Below are positions 17,986 through 26,334 of a stretch of DNA of 32,000 nucleotides, in pieces (within the stretch, counting starts at the first letter, position 1; every line of letters starts with the position of its first letter). This stretch comes from Candidatus Thorarchaeota archaeon. GTDB taxonomy: Archaea > Asgardarchaeota > Thorarchaeia > Thorarchaeales > Thorarchaeaceae. The translations under genes were made by a program, and so were the position numbers. The notes under the pieces were generated by a model. It had not been told where the DNA came from. It saw nothing but the letters and a program-made list of their open reading frames with translations, and ran no database searches. The stretch spans positions 30,001 through 62,000 of the forward strand of contig PRDJ01000036.1 of NCBI GenBank assembly GCA_003345555.1, read 5' to 3'.

Positions 17986-19825
17986 ACTCTTCACGGACTT
18001 CGATGGAACCTTCGACGGAGTTCTGGCCCGAGTAATTCCTGTCGCGGCCAACTACACTTCGGAATGGGCGGGCTCAGCGGCACGGTATGACTGTAGGGTG
18101 AAGGTTCGTTACAACAAGGAACTCATGGCGCAGCTCGAGGAAGGAATGATGCTCGCTGTCAAGAACTTCCGAGGCCAGTCAAAACTGTCGCTCCAGAAGG
18201 ATCTCGAGAGATATACAGTCATGGTCGTCGCAAAGATATGGCCGCTTCATTATGGATTGGGGGGTGTTAGCGACAGTCACTACTTCCCACTTCAGATGGA
18301 AGTGATTGAACAGGCTCTTCCAGACTGGGATACTGATGACCAAGCCACAATGATGATTCACCTCGATGCAATACCCATCAACTACGATATGATCGTCGAT
18401 TCATCAGACAAGATTGAATTCAAGAAGGGATTCTCATACCCACTGGTTGGGGGCAAGGTTCACGTAATCAATATGGAAACCGTAGACCTGATCTACAACG
18501 GAAAGGTGAAGGATGCACTTGGGTTCAGGAAGAAAGCTAGCACAGCCGATCCCAGGAAGGACCCGAGGATTGGTCTCCTAAGGATGTTCATGGAATCGGG
18601 AAAGGAGATACCCATCTATGTAGACCTGACGAAACTGGTTCGATACCACTTTGGCGTTTTCTCGTTCACTGGAGGAGGAAAGAGCAACCTATTGGCGAAC
18701 CTTTTCCGCAGGATACTCTATCATCAGAAGGACACGAAGCTGGTCATATTCGATGTCAGCTGCGAGTATCCATTTCTCCTCTGTGATGTTTTCGCGGACC
18801 CCAGTATTCCTTCCAGAATCATATTGGAAGACGAAGCAACGACGGCCGATGATTTCGCCCGAACAATAGTGAAGCCTCGCGATTTCGAGGAAGACCCGAA
18901 AGCGAATGATGCACTGAAGGCGATATTCGATAAAGGACGCGTCTCGTTCTACAATCTCCCTCTTGCCCAAGTGCCAACTTACGCAGACATCATGGATGAG
19001 ATACAGGACCTCAGGTCAGATAGTGCTGGTAAGCCAACCTACGTCCAAGCTATCGACCAAGTTGCAGCCATGGTACAAGGCTGGATGGAGTCGTGGAGCA
19101 AGAAGGATGGAGACGAAGTTGACGAGAAGTTCATAGACGCGTATCAAGAAGCGGCAGAGGCTGCAATCACGGAGTTCTCAGTTAGTGAGAAGGCAAACCT
19201 TCATGCGTGGTCAAAAACCAGAGGTAAGCTGAAAGATGCCCTTCGCCGCGCCCGTGATGCACCCAAGAAAGGTATGACCGCTAAAGAAATCACTAACCTC
19301 ATTCGTGGGAAAGAGAGAGTGGTCTGTCTGTCTATTGCCGACCCAGATACACTCAGAGACTTGGTCATCCGATTGACTGGGTCAGCTCTGAGGTATAGAA
19401 AGCGCAGCTTCGAGATAAAGCCCCAGATTCTATTCGTCTTTGACGAAGCCCAGGAGTTCATCCCTTCAAACGCAACAGGGCTGACAATCAATTGCAGTCG
19501 AGCGGTTGAGACATTGCTACGGCAGGGGCGCAAGTATGGTCTGGGTGGAGCCATCGCGACGCAAAGGATAGCCTATGTAAACACAAACATAATGCAGCAG
19601 CTTCATACATTCTTTGTCGGAACGCTGCCGAGACCTTATGACCGCACGGTCGTTAGCAGCTCGTTCCAGATAGACTTGAGTATCTTGGATAAAACTCTCG
19701 AGTTCCCACCGGGCTCATGGCTGCTCTCGAGCTACATAGCCACTGGATTGGATAGTGTTCCAATCTTCGTAAGAGCGGACAACTCTGAAGATGTACTGAG
19801 GGAGCACATTCAATCGCTCAAATGA
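17960..19825 (+). CDS. herA: HerA/FtsK-family ATPase (HAS barrel + DUF87-type ATPase)
   Basis: HFGVFSFTGGGKSN (Walker A variant), LVIFDVSCEY, FVFDEAQEF (Walker B), LLRQGRKYGLG, IATQR. TTG start preceded by SD GGAGGT (17948-17953); 26-nt overlap with the NurA-like gene. Confidence 0.85.
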   Translation: MSKQESMDELFTDFDGTFDGVLARVIPVAANYTSEWAGSAARYDCRVKVRYNKELMAQLEEGMMLAVKNFRGQSKLSLQKDLERYTVMVVAKIWPLHYGLGGVSDSHYFPLQMEVIEQALPDWDTDDQATMMIHLDAIPINYDMIVDSSDKIEFKKGFSYPLVGGKVHVINMETVDLIYNGKVKDALGFRKKASTADPRKDPRIGLLRMFMESGKEIPIYVDLTKLVRYHFGVFSFTGGGKSNLLANLFRRILYHQKDTKLVIFDVSCEYPFLLCDVFADPSIPSRIILEDEATTADDFARTIVKPRDFEEDPKANDALKAIFDKGRVSFYNLPLAQVPTYADIMDEIQDLRSDSAGKPTYVQAIDQVAAMVQGWMESWSKKDGDEVDEKFIDAYQEAAEAAITEFSVSEKANLHAWSKTRGKLKDALRRARDAPKKGMTAKEITNLIRGKERVVCLSIADPDTLRDLVIRLTGSALRYRKRSFEIKPQILFVFDEAQEFIPSNATGLTINCSRAVETLLRQGRKYGLGGAIATQRIAYVNTNIMQQLHTFFVGTLPRPYDRTVVSSSFQIDLSILDKTLEFPPGSWLLSSYIATGLDSVPIFVRADNSEDVLREHIQSLK

Positions 19826-19866
19826 TGCTGGCAAGCGACCCGTGGCCTATATACTCAAGACTGGCA

Positions 19867-20565
19867 CTAGGCCGGTTCAAGCCGGATTGTCTGATTGCAG
19901 TTCTGGCAAACCACAGTACGGTCAGGTCTGATTTGATCTGAACGATAGAGGTACGCGGCCTTGCAGTGTGGGCACACGGTCCGTGTGACCCCTAGTATCT
20001 CTTTGAGCTCTCTTCGTTTCTCCTGAACCGTGGGTGGCAGCCGAAGAGGATGAGACTTGATGCGATTCCGACCGGCGCAGCACAATGCGCCAAAAGGAAT
20101 CGAAATGACACCTAGCACTGCAATTGCGAACTGCATTGTACCGAAACCGATTAGCAGGAGCACCAACCCAACGACGGTAAGGACGAAGCCACACGGAAAA
20201 GTGAACATGAGATCGGAGAGCAGCGCGGACTTCCATTGTTCCATACATGCAGGGCAGAAGTATCGACTGGTCATTCTCGATTGGCCCAAGCTGTCGTCTT
20301 CCCACCGGACGACGTAAAGACACTGCTCGCAGAAGGCCTTACCACATCGATTGCACAACCCTATTGATGGTACCCCGGGATGGTTAGGACATTGCTGATA
20401 GAGACCACCCAGTTCTGATGGAACAAGAATCGTGCTACCACAGTATCTGCACCTAGCCTGAATCGTACCGGGCTCCAGTTCATAGCCGTGAGGAGCACCG
20501 CGGAAAGGGCAGACGAAAGCTTCTCTCTCTACACTGACCCCGCTAATGAGATGAGTAATAAACAT
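19867..20565 (-). CDS. Zn-ribbon + B-box-like finger + 2 TM + C-terminal Zn-ribbon protein (paralog A)
   Basis: CPFRGAP..CRYCG; CPNH-x8-CNRC-x4-CEQC..CPAC; two TM segments; CPHC..CQNC. The codon aligned with the paralogs' start is GTA (20532), so the true start is uncertain. Confidence 0.7.
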   Translation of the reverse strand: MFITHLISGVSVEREAFVCPFRGAPHGYELEPGTIQARCRYCGSTILVPSELGGLYQQCPNHPGVPSIGLCNRCGKAFCEQCLYVVRWEDDSLGQSRMTSRYFCPACMEQWKSALLSDLMFTFPCGFVLTVVGLVLLLIGFGTMQFAIAVLGVISIPFGALCCAGRNRIKSHPLRLPPTVQEKRRELKEILGVTRTVCPHCKAAYLYRSDQIRPDRTVVCQNCNQTIRLEPA

Positions 20566-20573
20566 CTTATCAG
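20566..20573 (-). promoter_or_regulatory. Shared CTGATAAG element of paralog A
   Basis: 33 nt upstream of the aligned first codon (20532); preceded by TCCACAAAT. Confidence 0.55.
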
Positions 20574-20641
20574 ATTTGTGGACTTCGACAGGCTAATCCA
20601 CCGAGATTGACCCAGCCCCTTTCTGTTTTCCGAGACACTCT

Positions 20642-21406
20642 CTAGCTTGACTTGATGCCTTCTCTGGCGGGCAACCCAAGATACTCACGGATGTTATAGT
20701 AATGCTCGCGCTCATGCTCCAAGTATCTTCTCATTACCTTGTACGCTGTCCACTGCTCGCTTGGATTGTTTGTATACTCTGCTCTCGTAAACATCGTGGC
20801 TCCCTTCTTCGGGACAACGTCTCTTAGACACATGACACAAGCTCTTCTTACAACCTCAAGCCGCTGAAAGACCGGCAGCTTGTCAACTTCAGACTCCGAC
20901 GTGCCCTCGTACTTCTCATACTTCTGATCTGTTTCTGCTCCGAGTCTCGACAAATAGAACTCTTCGGCGTTGCACACGTGTTGCAGAATACCAGTGATGT
21001 CCCGCTTCTTTCCTTCGGGAATATTGCTCATTTGCTGAGGCGTCAGATCACTTACGAGGCCAAGTAAGTCCTGCCTGTTGTGCCCCATGAGACGTATGAA
21101 GTGGTCCAACATCCGAGTTGTTACGGTCCTACGATCAAACTCGAACGTGGCGACTTCTCCACCTGATTCGCCTAGATTCACAACATCATGAATCTCCTCT
21201 GCCACGTTCATACTGAAAGCTTCTCGGATTCGAGACTGTTCGCCGTGCTTCCTGAGCCACGAATCATGGTACAAAAGCTCTTCGCGGAGAACCTCTAGCA
21301 GGGACTGCCTGTCCTGAGACCTAGCGTGGGTACCCGGAAGCTCAATGAACCGACCGTACCAGAGACCTGTATTGCCGCTTTCCAGCGCCAAAGAGAACAC
21401 AGTCAT
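20642..21406 (-). CDS. HicB-like N-terminal domain fused to a DinB-family four-helix bundle
   Basis: N-terminal WYGRFIELPGTHARSQ (HicB-like 'xxxLPGxxxxG' fold). C-terminal RDITGILQHVCNAEEFYLSRL and WTAYKVMRRYLEHEREH (DinB His triad). Confidence 0.7.
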   Translation of the reverse strand: MTVFSLALESGNTGLWYGRFIELPGTHARSQDRQSLLEVLREELLYHDSWLRKHGEQSRIREAFSMNVAEEIHDVVNLGESGGEVATFEFDRRTVTTRMLDHFIRLMGHNRQDLLGLVSDLTPQQMSNIPEGKKRDITGILQHVCNAEEFYLSRLGAETDQKYEKYEGTSESEVDKLPVFQRLEVVRRACVMCLRDVVPKKGATMFTRAEYTNNPSEQWTAYKVMRRYLEHEREHYYNIREYLGLPAREGIKSS

Positions 21407-21569
21407 TGCCTTTCCTGCCTAGTGAACAAGCGGAGTGGGAAAAGGCTTACGACGAAATTGGTCCCAATCATGTTACCGCACGCGAGTCTCTCAAATGATA
21501 CTCTCTCTCATGCGTATCTTCACACATCCACAGACATCCTGGTACTGGTAGGATAGGTGTGACGCAGTG

Positions 21570-22055
21570 TCAGGGCAAGCCTTTCAGCCTGTCCCCGAGA
21601 GACGGCGCGTCTATCCGCGCCAACCTTAACGCAATCATCCCGAGGAAGACTACTACTGAAAGCAGAAGAGCGACATAGATCTCTGGATACTGTCCTCCAC
21701 TCCGTACTGCAAAGTACAGAAAGACGGCAACGGGGACGGCAAACATCACAATGCCGCAGTCTTGTCTACTCCGGACCCGATGTGTTGTTCGCCTCAAGCA
21801 AGTAGGACAGAGATACTTGCTTTGTCCAACATATCTGAATTCGTGGATACATTTGATGGAATAAGATTGACCACAATCGCGGCAAACCACCAATGCCGGA
21901 ACATCATGATGTACTGGGGACTGTCTGCTAGTAGTCTGAAAGGGAACGGTGACAAGGTTCCCACAGTGTTCGCATTTCGTCCTGACCGCATCTGCTGTCG
22001 GCGCATTATTCAAAGGGCTCCCACAAAACGGACAGATGACTATATCCTTCTCCAC
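21570..22055 (-). CDS. Zn-ribbon + degenerate B-box-like + 2 TM protein (paralog B)
   Basis: VEKDIVICPFCGSPL..CEHCG; SPVH..CRDCGQSYSIKC..CPTC (two Cys replaced by Ser); two TM segments. Alternative starts at 22067 or 22082. Confidence 0.7.
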   Translation of the reverse strand: MEKDIVICPFCGSPLNNAPTADAVRTKCEHCGNLVTVPFQTTSRQSPVHHDVPALVVCRDCGQSYSIKCIHEFRYVGQSKYLCPTCLRRTTHRVRSRQDCGIVMFAVPVAVFLYFAVRSGGQYPEIYVALLLSVVVFLGMIALRLARIDAPSLGDRLKGLP

Positions 22056-22088
22056 GCTGTGCCCCATTACTTCATTGCGCATTGGGCA

Positions 22089-22096
22089 CTTATCAG
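22089..22096 (-). promoter_or_regulatory. Shared CTGATAAG element of paralog B
   Basis: 33 nt upstream of GTG 22055. Confidence 0.55.
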
Positions 22097-22136
22097 TCTT
22101 CTGAGGATAGGCTGCGGAAGCTGTTCAACACCTGAT

Positions 22137-22907
22137 TCATTCGAGGATTCGTCTGAAGAGGATGGTTGCTATTGTAGCGAATATCGCTGTGGCGAGAAGA
22201 CCAGCGCCCAAGTCAAGAGGGATATTCGAAACATATCCCGGAAGTAACAGAGCTCTCATCGCATCTGTGATATAGCTCAGAGGATTGTACGCCGATATTA
22301 TCTGGAGCCAACCGGGCATCTGGTTAATTGGATAGATTGCACTGCTGGTGAAGAAAAGAGGCATGGTTATCGCTTGGCCTATTCCCATCATCTTCTCTCG
22401 ACTCTTGAATATTGGAGCCAAGCACATGGACAAACACGAGAAGCACATCCCGGCAATCACTATGACCAAGGCAACTCCGATGAGATCTAGCGGATTCAGA
22501 CTTAGCTGAACATTGATGATTAGGGCCAGAACGAAGACAACAATGGCCTGGAATATGCCTCTGACCCCGGCCGATATAGCCTTGCCCAAGACTATCGCTG
22601 ACCGAGGGGCTGGCGTAGAAAGGAGCTTGTTTAGGAGCCCAAGGTCCCTCTCCCAGACGAGCATTATCCCATAAAAGACGGCAACGAACATCACGGACTG
22701 CGACAGCACTCCCGGAGTAAGGAATTGGAGGTACGTGAACGACCCGACGTCGATAGCTCTTATGCTGGTTAGTGCGGTCCCGAAAACTAGCAGCCAGAGT
22801 GCTGGCTGAACTCCGCGTATGAATATTTCTGAAGAATCGTGCCTGAGCTTTCGGAGCTCGAATTCAGCCAGTGTGGACACAGTGCGCAAGAACTTTGATC
22901 CGATCAT
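22137..22907 (-). CDS. ABC-2 type exporter permease (DrrB-like)
   Basis: QPALWLLVFG, YLQFLTPG, WERDLG.L..LLSTP, PLFFTSSAIYP, YNPLSYITDAMR. ATG 22907 forms an ATGA overlap with the ATPase stop. Confidence 0.9.
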   Translation of the reverse strand: MIGSKFLRTVSTLAEFELRKLRHDSSEIFIRGVQPALWLLVFGTALTSIRAIDVGSFTYLQFLTPGVLSQSVMFVAVFYGIMLVWERDLGLLNKLLSTPAPRSAIVLGKAISAGVRGIFQAIVVFVLALIINVQLSLNPLDLIGVALVIVIAGMCFSCLSMCLAPIFKSREKMMGIGQAITMPLFFTSSAIYPINQMPGWLQIISAYNPLSYITDAMRALLLPGYVSNIPLDLGAGLLATAIFATIATILFRRILE

Positions 22908-23890
22908 CCTTTTCGCTTCCTCATCGCTAATCTCGTGACTCGCGCATCCCGCCACGTGCCACCATCCTGAATCCTAGCCCCTGCGTACTTCAGGAACACG
23001 TCATCCAGTGTAGACTTCTTGAGCGAGACAGATTCAACGTGTATCTTATGAGCCTCAAGAGATTCCAATACTGCAGGTATAGCCTTCTCGCCCTGAGCTA
23101 CTACGAGCTCGTACGTACCCTCATCGGGTTTTGACACCAACAGCTGCCCATGCTCTCGCAGGATTAATGAACAATCTCCGTCGTGAGCAGTGATTGAAAT
23201 CATGTCTCCTCCCATATCGTCCTTCAGTTGTGTTGGCGACCCATCTGCCACAATCTTCCCTTTGTTCATTATCGCAATCTCATCGCAGAGCACCTCGGCT
23301 TCATGCATATCGTGAGTGGTCACCAACATTGTAGTCCCGAATTCGTCCCGTAGGTGCATTATCTGGTTCCAGACCGCGGTCTTCGCGGATGGATCAAGGC
23401 CAATGCTCGGCTCGTCAAGAAATAGCATCCTGGGTCTGTTCATGAGTGCCTGGGCTATCTCAAGCCGCCGCATCATTCCTCCCGAATAGGTCTTTGCCAA
23501 ATCGTGCTGACGGTCGGCCAGCTCCATGTATTCAAGAGCGTCCTGAATTCTTTGACCCCGCTGTTCTTTCGGCGTGTAATATAGCTTCGAATACATCAGC
23601 AGGTTCTCATAGCCCGAGAGGTCCGTGTCTATCGAGACCTCCTGAGGCACATAACCCGAGATTTGTCGAACAGATGCCGCGGACTTCACACAGTCGATTC
23701 CAAAGACCTTGATAGTTCCAGAGGTGGGTCTGATAAGGGTGAGCGCGATTCGTATGGTTGTCGTCTTCCCGGCACCATTTGGACCAAGGAGACCGAATAT
23801 CTGGCCCTCATCAACATCGAACGATATCGAATCGACCGCCTTGAAGTCTGAGTACATCTTTGTCAGATCCATTGCCTCGACCGCTTTCAT
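22904..23890 (-). CDS. ABC exporter ATP-binding protein (DrrA-like)
   Basis: Walker A GPNGAGKTT, Q-loop YVPQE, signature YSGGMMRR, Walker B LFLDEP, TTH, C-terminal LDDVFLKY. Confidence 0.95.
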   Translation of the reverse strand: MKAVEAMDLTKMYSDFKAVDSISFDVDEGQIFGLLGPNGAGKTTTIRIALTLIRPTSGTIKVFGIDCVKSAASVRQISGYVPQEVSIDTDLSGYENLLMYSKLYYTPKEQRGQRIQDALEYMELADRQHDLAKTYSGGMMRRLEIAQALMNRPRMLFLDEPSIGLDPSAKTAVWNQIMHLRDEFGTTMLVTTHDMHEAEVLCDEIAIMNKGKIVADGSPTQLKDDMGGDMISITAHDGDCSLILREHGQLLVSKPDEGTYELVVAQGEKAIPAVLESLEAHKIHVESVSLKKSTLDDVFLKYAGARIQDGGTWRDARVTRLAMRKRKG

Positions 23891-24056
23891 GTCGGACTTT
23901 CCTCCGCTTTTCGAGGGTCAACTCAGTTATCATCTTGAAATGCAGTCTCTCTTCATCAGACCGTTTCGGTCAAAAGCAAGGCGGCTCATCTGATAAGCTC
24001 TACCCTTTGGCCGCAGTCCTGTATGTTGTGGGTCTCGTACCAGTAAGCTCTCCGAA

Positions 24057-24566
24057 TCAAGTGTCGAGACTCCCACGATGCTCCTTTGCCTTGCTCGCAA
24101 CTGTAGGCATGTTGGTGATTCTGCGCCTTTGGATGATTCCTCCTGCCAAACAATACATGCCAAGGAATAGGGACATCAGCGTTAGTGCTGCAGAATCTCC
24201 ACCACCTCGGACACCCGATAACCCGACCACTAGGAACAAGACAGAGAAGCAAATCAAGAAGTAGATGCCCGGTGTAGCCTCGATGGTTGCCAGCCCTGCG
24301 CATCTTGGACATAGGTATTCCTTAGCCCCTCCTAGTCTTTGGAACACATAGAGACACCGACCACAGAATGCTTGACCGCATCTGGTGCAGAAACCTGTCG
24401 TCAGGGCGTCTGAGTGATTCGGACATCGTTGAGTCAGTCCGGTTAGGCGGCGCGGGACTACAATCATCCCGCCGCAGTACGAGCACTTTACCTGCGTTGC
24501 GCTTGATGGCAATTCACCCTTCTGAGGTGCGCCACAGAACGGACAGACGAATGCCTCTCTCTCCAT
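24057..24566 (-). CDS. Zn-ribbon + B-box-like + 2 TM protein (paralog C, all Cys intact)
   Basis: MEREAFVCPFCGAP..CSYCG; CPNH..CTRCGQAFCGRC..CPRC; two TM segments; no C-terminal ribbon. Confidence 0.8.
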   Translation of the reverse strand: MEREAFVCPFCGAPQKGELPSSATQVKCSYCGGMIVVPRRLTGLTQRCPNHSDALTTGFCTRCGQAFCGRCLYVFQRLGGAKEYLCPRCAGLATIEATPGIYFLICFSVLFLVVGLSGVRGGGDSAALTLMSLFLGMYCLAGGIIQRRRITNMPTVASKAKEHRGSLDT

Positions 24567-24599
24567 TTGAATGCCCGGGCTTTATGCTCTACTCAAGGG

Positions 24600-24607
24600 G
24601 ATATCAG
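24600..24607 (-). promoter_or_regulatory. Shared element (CTGATATC variant) of paralog C
   Basis: 33 nt upstream of ATG 24566; preceded by TTCACAAAC. Confidence 0.5.
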
Positions 24608-24694
24608 GTTTGTGAACATGAGAAGAGATAGTCCGCTCAAACAGGATAGGTTGCTCGATCTTCACCCTGTGCATCGTGCCATGATGTTTCATCA

Positions 24695-25320
24695 TCAGAC
24701 TTGGTCGGGCTCGCCTAGCATGCTGATCCTTCGTCCGCAGTTCTGACAGGAGAAGATGCGGTCAGGTCCAACCTTGTCAGGACCATAGCGATAGCTTGCA
24801 CCACAGTAAAGGCACTTGACATAAACAGAATCTGCGCTTGGGAGGAACCCGTTTGTCTCCTTCATAATCTGCCCGAGAAGGGGATGGTTAATTGGTCCGA
24901 AGACTGCCCAGAGCCCCTCAGTAGTAGGAACAGGCCGTACACTGTGACATCGGATGGGTAATAGGCCCGTCTAGGAGGAATGAAGAAGACAGCAATCATC
25001 ACGGTGACTACACCTATGATTATTCTAGTCATGCGAGCTCGGTTCTTTGTCCTTCCCGAGCACGCTTCGCAGACATAGTTGTCCCTGAGTCTTTGATATA
25101 TGTAGAGACAGTTTTCACAGAATCTCCGACCAGACACGTCGCATGCTCCCACTGAAAGCACATCTGGATGGTTTGAACACAACTCTCTGGTTTCCGTGAT
25201 ATCACTGGAGAGTAGAATTGGATACCCGCAGGAACGGCATCGTGTTTGAAATGCTCCTTCGGGAGGTGTATCAACTTGAAGCGTACGATAAGAACGACAG
25301 ATGATAGCCCCCTTCCTCAC
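24695..25320 (-). pseudogene. Frameshifted Zn-ribbon/B-box/TM paralog D
   Basis: The frame from GTG 25320/25332 encodes the ribbon, B-box, TM1 and VYGLFLLL. At CTG-AG-GGG (24918-24914) homology continues in another frame for 73 codons: GLWAVFG..NHPLL..CLYCGASYRYGPDKVGPDRIFSCQNCGRRISML..., stop 24697-24695. This matches the C-terminus of paralog A. Cys losses in CRSY and CDVS. Confidence 0.75.
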
Positions 25321-25353
25321 AGCTGTTCCCACATCATCTGCAAGCCGTATTAG

Positions 25354-25361
25354 CTTATCAG
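25354..25361 (-). promoter_or_regulatory. Shared CTGATAAG element of paralog D
   Basis: 33 nt upstream of GTG 25320. Confidence 0.55.
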
Positions 25362-25657
25362 GCGTGAAATACTGAGTCGGACAGCAGCTTGCCCCAACAA
25401 TCCCGAGTCACCAAGTCATCTGTCCGCAAACTGGAAGGCAAGTGTCTCTTTCGTACAGGCCAGTATAGCGAAGCCCGACAACTGGCCTCACCTTCAGAAA
25501 GCCCGTCCATACAATAGACCTGTCGCTCGGTTGGTTGCGCCCGCAATTGAAACGCGATTTGTTAATATGTCACAAACTTAACTGCAACCAAAATGGTTCA
25601 CTCTCGGACACATTGAGTCAGAAAAGCAGCTGAGCTCTAGAGATTGCATCCAAAGAA

Positions 25658-25921
25658 GTGATCCCCTTGGGAAAGAAGACACTGAGTGATGTCCCATGTC
25701 CTGTATGCAAGGGCCCTGTCACTGGCGTCATAGTTGAAGAGGATTCAATTCTGAATGCCAAGAGAGTGCCGGTCATCGTCCCGGCCAAGTGCAGAAAGGG
25801 ACACGCAGTGATTCTGTTCGTAGACAGGGCATTCGTCATTCGTGATGTCGAAGCAGCTGGAGATGCCGAGCAGAAGAAGAGTGCCCTTGACAAGGCTCAG
25901 TCTTGGATGGACTCATTCTGA
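25658..25921 (+). CDS. Small putative Zn-binding protein (CxxC...CxxxH)
   Basis: CPVC..CRKGH.VILFVDR.F.IR; first gene of the operon; ends in KAQSWMDSF. Confidence 0.7.
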   Translation: MIPLGKKTLSDVPCPVCKGPVTGVIVEEDSILNAKRVPVIVPAKCRKGHAVILFVDRAFVIRDVEAAGDAEQKKSALDKAQSWMDSF

Positions 25922-25932
25922 GGGTGAACGAG

Positions 25933-26322
25933 ATGATCAAGATGGTCTACGTCATTAACGACGCTGGCGAGACGCTCGTTTCAATTCCGCTAGGCGACTT
26001 TCATGCCGATGAAGCACTGTTTGGCGGATTCATGACTGCTATTGACATGTTCAGTCACAAGATGGCTGGAGACTCAATAAAGGAACTCATTCTCGGAAAC
26101 AATCGAGTCGTCGTCGCTCGTGAAGGCGCCCATCTTCTTGTCACCGTGCATGATAAGGGGGATACCGACAGCCAAACCATCAATGCGAGAGCATGCGAGG
26201 CTTTCCGGAAACACTACGGCGGCGTTGTGACCGACGAAATGACAGATGCTATTCGCGAAGCTGTTCTCGGTACCATATCTATTCGGGGCAAGGCAGAAGA
26301 TTGGGCTTCAAAGATGCTCTAG
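25933..26322 (+). CDS. Longin-like (profilin/roadblock-superfold) domain protein, copy 1
   Basis: MVYVINDAGETL..DEALFGGFMTAIDMFSHKM..IKELILGNNRVVV..LLVTVHD matches the Asgard longin pattern (strand-IN.xG.., helix 'L.GGFxxAI..F', three strands, helix). SD-like GGGTGA upstream. Confidence 0.7.
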   Translation: MIKMVYVINDAGETLVSIPLGDFHADEALFGGFMTAIDMFSHKMAGDSIKELILGNNRVVVAREGAHLLVTVHDKGDTDSQTINARACEAFRKHYGGVVTDEMTDAIREAVLGTISIRGKAEDWASKML

Positions 26323-26334
26323 AAGGAAACGGAA

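Noticed and set aside
25358-25546. 62-aa minus-strand ORF upstream of paralog D
   Set aside because: No recognisable motif; it runs over the shared promoter element and lies in a divergent intergenic region.
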